Shown here: positions 61,439-64,000 of the stretch, piece by piece
How positions within the stretch are numbered: the stretch's first letter is position 1
Layout: each line of letters begins with the position of its first letter
Source: an uncultured delta proteobacterium
Lineage (GTDB): Bacteria; Myxococcota_A; Polyangia; Polyangiales; Polyangiaceae
DNA: 64,000 nt
Direction of reading: 5' to 3'
Assembly: GCA_963806225.1 (NCBI GenBank)
Contig: CAWDXG010000004.1
Span: 4,352,001-4,416,000, forward strand
Program-made: the position numbers and the translations under genes
Notes under the pieces: generated by a model
What the model was told of the DNA's origin: nothing
Seen by the model: the letters and a program-made list of their open reading frames with translations, nothing else
Databases searched by the model: none

Positions 61439-62421
61439 CGCTCCGCATCGCCTCCGCCGCAGCCGGTTTGTTTCTGCTCTGTCAGGGCGCGAGCGGCTGC
61501 CAGAGAGTGAATGGGTCGCCCAGGAAATCGGCGGCGGCACCGCCGAGCGCGAGCGCTGCGGCGCCGGTCGCGTCGGCCGCCAGCGTCGCGAGGGCCTGCC
61601 GCCCCGGGTGCAACAGCATCGAGCGCTGCGACAGCGGTCGTTGCGTCCCGAGCTGCCCAAGAGGCGAGGTCTACATCCCCGCGACCGGCCCCGGCGGTTT
61701 CATGATGGGACGCGGCAAGCCGGGGGAGTTCGACCAGAAGCACAAGGTGGTGCTTTCCCATCCGTTCTGCATGGACCAGACCGAGGTGACCGTCGCCGCC
61801 TACCGTCGCTGCGTGGAGGCCGGCGGCTGCACCATTCCGCAGCTCCGCGACATCAACTCGAACTACCGGCCTGCCTATCACCGCGACAACCATCCGGTGA
61901 ACATGGTCAACTGGAAGCAGGCGACCGCCTACTGCGGGAGCCGCGGGCAGGTGCTGCCCACCGAAGCCCAGTTCGAGTGGGCTTCCGGACACGGCGACGG
62001 GCGGACCTGGCCCTGGGGCAACAAGCCGGCACCGACCTGTGAAAACCATTATGCCGACTTCACTCCGGGCGGCGCACCGAAGAGCGACCCGGCCGGCGAT
62101 GTCGGCTGCTTCGGAGGCGACACCAGCCCGGTCAAGTCGTTGAAAGGCATCGACCACTGGCCTGACGGCGATCTGTACGAGATCGGCGGCAATGTCTGGG
62201 AATGGACGGCAGACTGCTACGTCGCCTATCCCTCTACGCCCCAGGTCGATCCCAGCCCGCAGACGCATCCGCGGCTGCACGGCGATTGCTACGTCCGCTC
62301 CCTGAGAGGCGGCGGGTGGAACCGCAGCAACCACTCGATGCACCCCTGGGTGCGCGCCGCCTCCAAGTGGACCTACCGCGTGGGCGGGCTCGGCTTCCGC
62401 TGCGTCCGCAACCCCGCCTAG
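61435..62421 (+). CDS. FGE-sulfatase (SUMF1-like) domain lipoprotein
   Basis: ATGA overlap with the CapA stop; FCMDQTEVT, LPTEAQFE, GGNVWEW, RGGGW, GFRCV. Confidence 0.88.
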   Translation: MTLRIASAAAGLFLLCQGASGCQRVNGSPRKSAAAPPSASAAAPVASAASVARACRPGCNSIERCDSGRCVPSCPRGEVYIPATGPGGFMMGRGKPGEFDQKHKVVLSHPFCMDQTEVTVAAYRRCVEAGGCTIPQLRDINSNYRPAYHRDNHPVNMVNWKQATAYCGSRGQVLPTEAQFEWASGHGDGRTWPWGNKPAPTCENHYADFTPGGAPKSDPAGDVGCFGGDTSPVKSLKGIDHWPDGDLYEIGGNVWEWTADCYVAYPSTPQVDPSPQTHPRLHGDCYVRSLRGGGWNRSNHSMHPWVRAASKWTYRVGGLGFRCVRNPA

Positions 62422-62970
62422 CTACTCGTCCTCGTCCTCGTCCTGGTCTTCGTCGAGCTGGTCGAGGATCTCGTTCGCGCGATCCTCGCTGATGCCGAAC
62501 CACTCGGCCAGCTGGTTGATGAACTCGTTCTCGGCGTCGTCGATCTCGTCGTCCGCGAGGGCCACCGCCGCGGCCAGCGCGAACGCGCCTTCGGCCTCTG
62601 TCGGCTCCTCGGCAATCTCGTCGGCGATCTCCTGCAGGCGCGCGTCGCGTCCCTGCTCCGCCAGACGCTTCTCGTAGTTCTCGAGCATCACGTTGATCGT
62701 ACCGCTCCTGAGCAGGTTGTCCGTCAGTCCGCGGATGGCTCCGCGCACCGCGTCCCGCTCGGCGTCCTCGACCTTGCCGTCTGCGGACATCATCAGGAAC
62801 ATCGTCTCGGCCAGCGGGTCCACGCGGGTCAGAGCTGCGCTCTCCTCGGGGCTCAGCATGCCCTGGCGCGCCAGGGTCTCGTAGGCGCTGGACATCACGA
62901 CGCTGGGCCTACGGCCACTCTGGAGCAGGGCGTCGCGCAGGCGGCGGATCGTCGTAGTCTCGAGCTTCAT
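62422..62970 (-). CDS. TerB-like (tellurite resistance family) protein
   Basis: MMSADGKVEDAERDAV...AAAVALADDEIDDAENEFINQLAEWFGIS. Confidence 0.8.
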   Translation of the reverse strand: MKLETTTIRRLRDALLQSGRRPSVVMSSAYETLARQGMLSPEESAALTRVDPLAETMFLMMSADGKVEDAERDAVRGAIRGLTDNLLRSGTINVMLENYEKRLAEQGRDARLQEIADEIAEEPTEAEGAFALAAAVALADDEIDDAENEFINQLAEWFGISEDRANEILDQLDEDQDEDEDE

Positions 62971-63020
62971 GGCTCAAAGCTACACGCTCGCGGCGTGCCG
63001 ATCCAGCGGGGGTTTCCAGG

Positions 63021-63707
63021 CTACGCTGCTCCGGCCGGGCTCTGGTTCGGGTTCGTGCCCACGAGGACCAGCGTGGCGTCGCTTGCGGTGAGCGGTTGGA
63101 GCAGCTCGCCGATGATCGAGCGCAAGTGCCCGGGTGGCGCGCTGGTCAGAGCGACTCCCCGTTTCTGGATTGCGCGGAGCCGCTCGCCCAGATCCGTCAT
63201 GGCTTCAGCATCCGCCAGGCCCGGGGTCGCACCTGCGGTAGCGAACACCCACAGGCTGCCCCAGCCCAGAGGCGCCAGCTCGTACGGGTGGACGGCTGCC
63301 CCCACGGCCCCGATCGCCGGCGAACGGGCGGCGAACGCGAGCGGGCTGCCGGTCGGGAACATTCGCAGGATCGGGGGCAGCCCCGCGTTCAGGAGCTCGA
63401 TGCTGCCGTCGATGGGCGAGAAGCGGGCCACGCCCAGAGCGACGGTGGCCCGCAGCGCGGCGCGCGCGGCGAGGTAGCGCTTCAGGACGATTGCAACGTC
63501 CTTCATCGGCCGCATCGCGAACAGCTCATGGGCGAGCTCGTTCCGGATCGCGTCGGGCGACACATCGCCGCCGCGGTGCAGCCCGCCGGCGGCAAGCAGC
63601 AACACCGAGACGCGTCCCGCCTCGTCCACGACCACGTCGAAGGCGTCCGTCCGGAGCGCCCCGCCCTCGAGCGTTGCTCCGTTGACCTGCAGCATCCCTC
63701 GCTGCAT
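63021..63707 (-). CDS. Degenerate SpoIIE/PP2C-like phosphatase domain protein
   Basis: DAFDVV...GRVSVLLL, GSIELLNAGLPPIL (cf. NAGHPP), WVFATAG (cf. YTDG), SDATLVLV (cf. DDxT). Confidence 0.5.
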   Translation of the reverse strand: MQRGMLQVNGATLEGGALRTDAFDVVVDEAGRVSVLLLAAGGLHRGGDVSPDAIRNELAHELFAMRPMKDVAIVLKRYLAARAALRATVALGVARFSPIDGSIELLNAGLPPILRMFPTGSPLAFAARSPAIGAVGAAVHPYELAPLGWGSLWVFATAGATPGLADAEAMTDLGERLRAIQKRGVALTSAPPGHLRSIIGELLQPLTASDATLVLVGTNPNQSPAGAA

Positions 63708-64000
63708 CGGCAATATTGCCCCATCTGTCCGCGGCCGTTCGGGGTGCCGAGGCACGGTGGTGCTGCGATTACGCGCGTTCCGCTGGGGAGGTGTTGTGAA
63801 GCGTTCGGGTTTCACGGTCGTCACCCCACCTGGACGCAACACCCGTGCCGTCGCGCCGCGTGCCTGGCCGGTCCGGCACGTACGGATCTCGAGGAGTTTG
63901 TGCGCATCGCCCCGGATCCGGGCGTCCCGGGTCGGGACCCAGTCCCGCCTTGGGACGTCTGCCTCTTAAGTCCCGACGTAAAGCGACCGTTCGTCCAGTG

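Overview
GC-rich bacterial chromosomal window, very probably Myxococcota (Polyangiaceae/Sorangium-like), based on MYXO-CTERM tails, a eukaryote-like Ser/Thr kinase, an AgmX-type domain, FGE-sulfatase paralogues and myxobacterial LexA-type boxes. Bases 1-12.5 kb are an accessory, rearranged region: a secreted zinc metalloprotease, two toxin-antitoxin-like pairs, a stack of three IS91/ISCR-type transposase remnants with conserved oriIS-like ends (one end exactly duplicated), gene fragments and palindromic repeats. The rest is mostly housekeeping: alr, a rib operon with nusB, an ArsA-like ATPase, a kinase, ALDH, lysine/saccharopine dehydrogenase, a glgE-treS/mak-glgX-glgB cluster, an S8 protease, ugd, CapA and TerB. 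The best candidate for an undescribed system is the operon at 28587-32023. It encodes an ArsM-like methyltransferase with the ArsM catalytic cysteines, then an unannotated 42-aa five-Cys peptide (29276-29404, below the ORF-track cut-off), then a radical SAM/SPASM enzyme read in frame into a thioredoxin-thioredoxin reductase fusion. This is a RiPP-like cluster coupled to arsenic-methylation and thiol-redox machinery. Several frameshifts, some in homopolymer runs, suggest long-read assembly errors, so pseudogene and fusion calls need checking against reads. All calls are from motif recognition by eye; no database searches were run.
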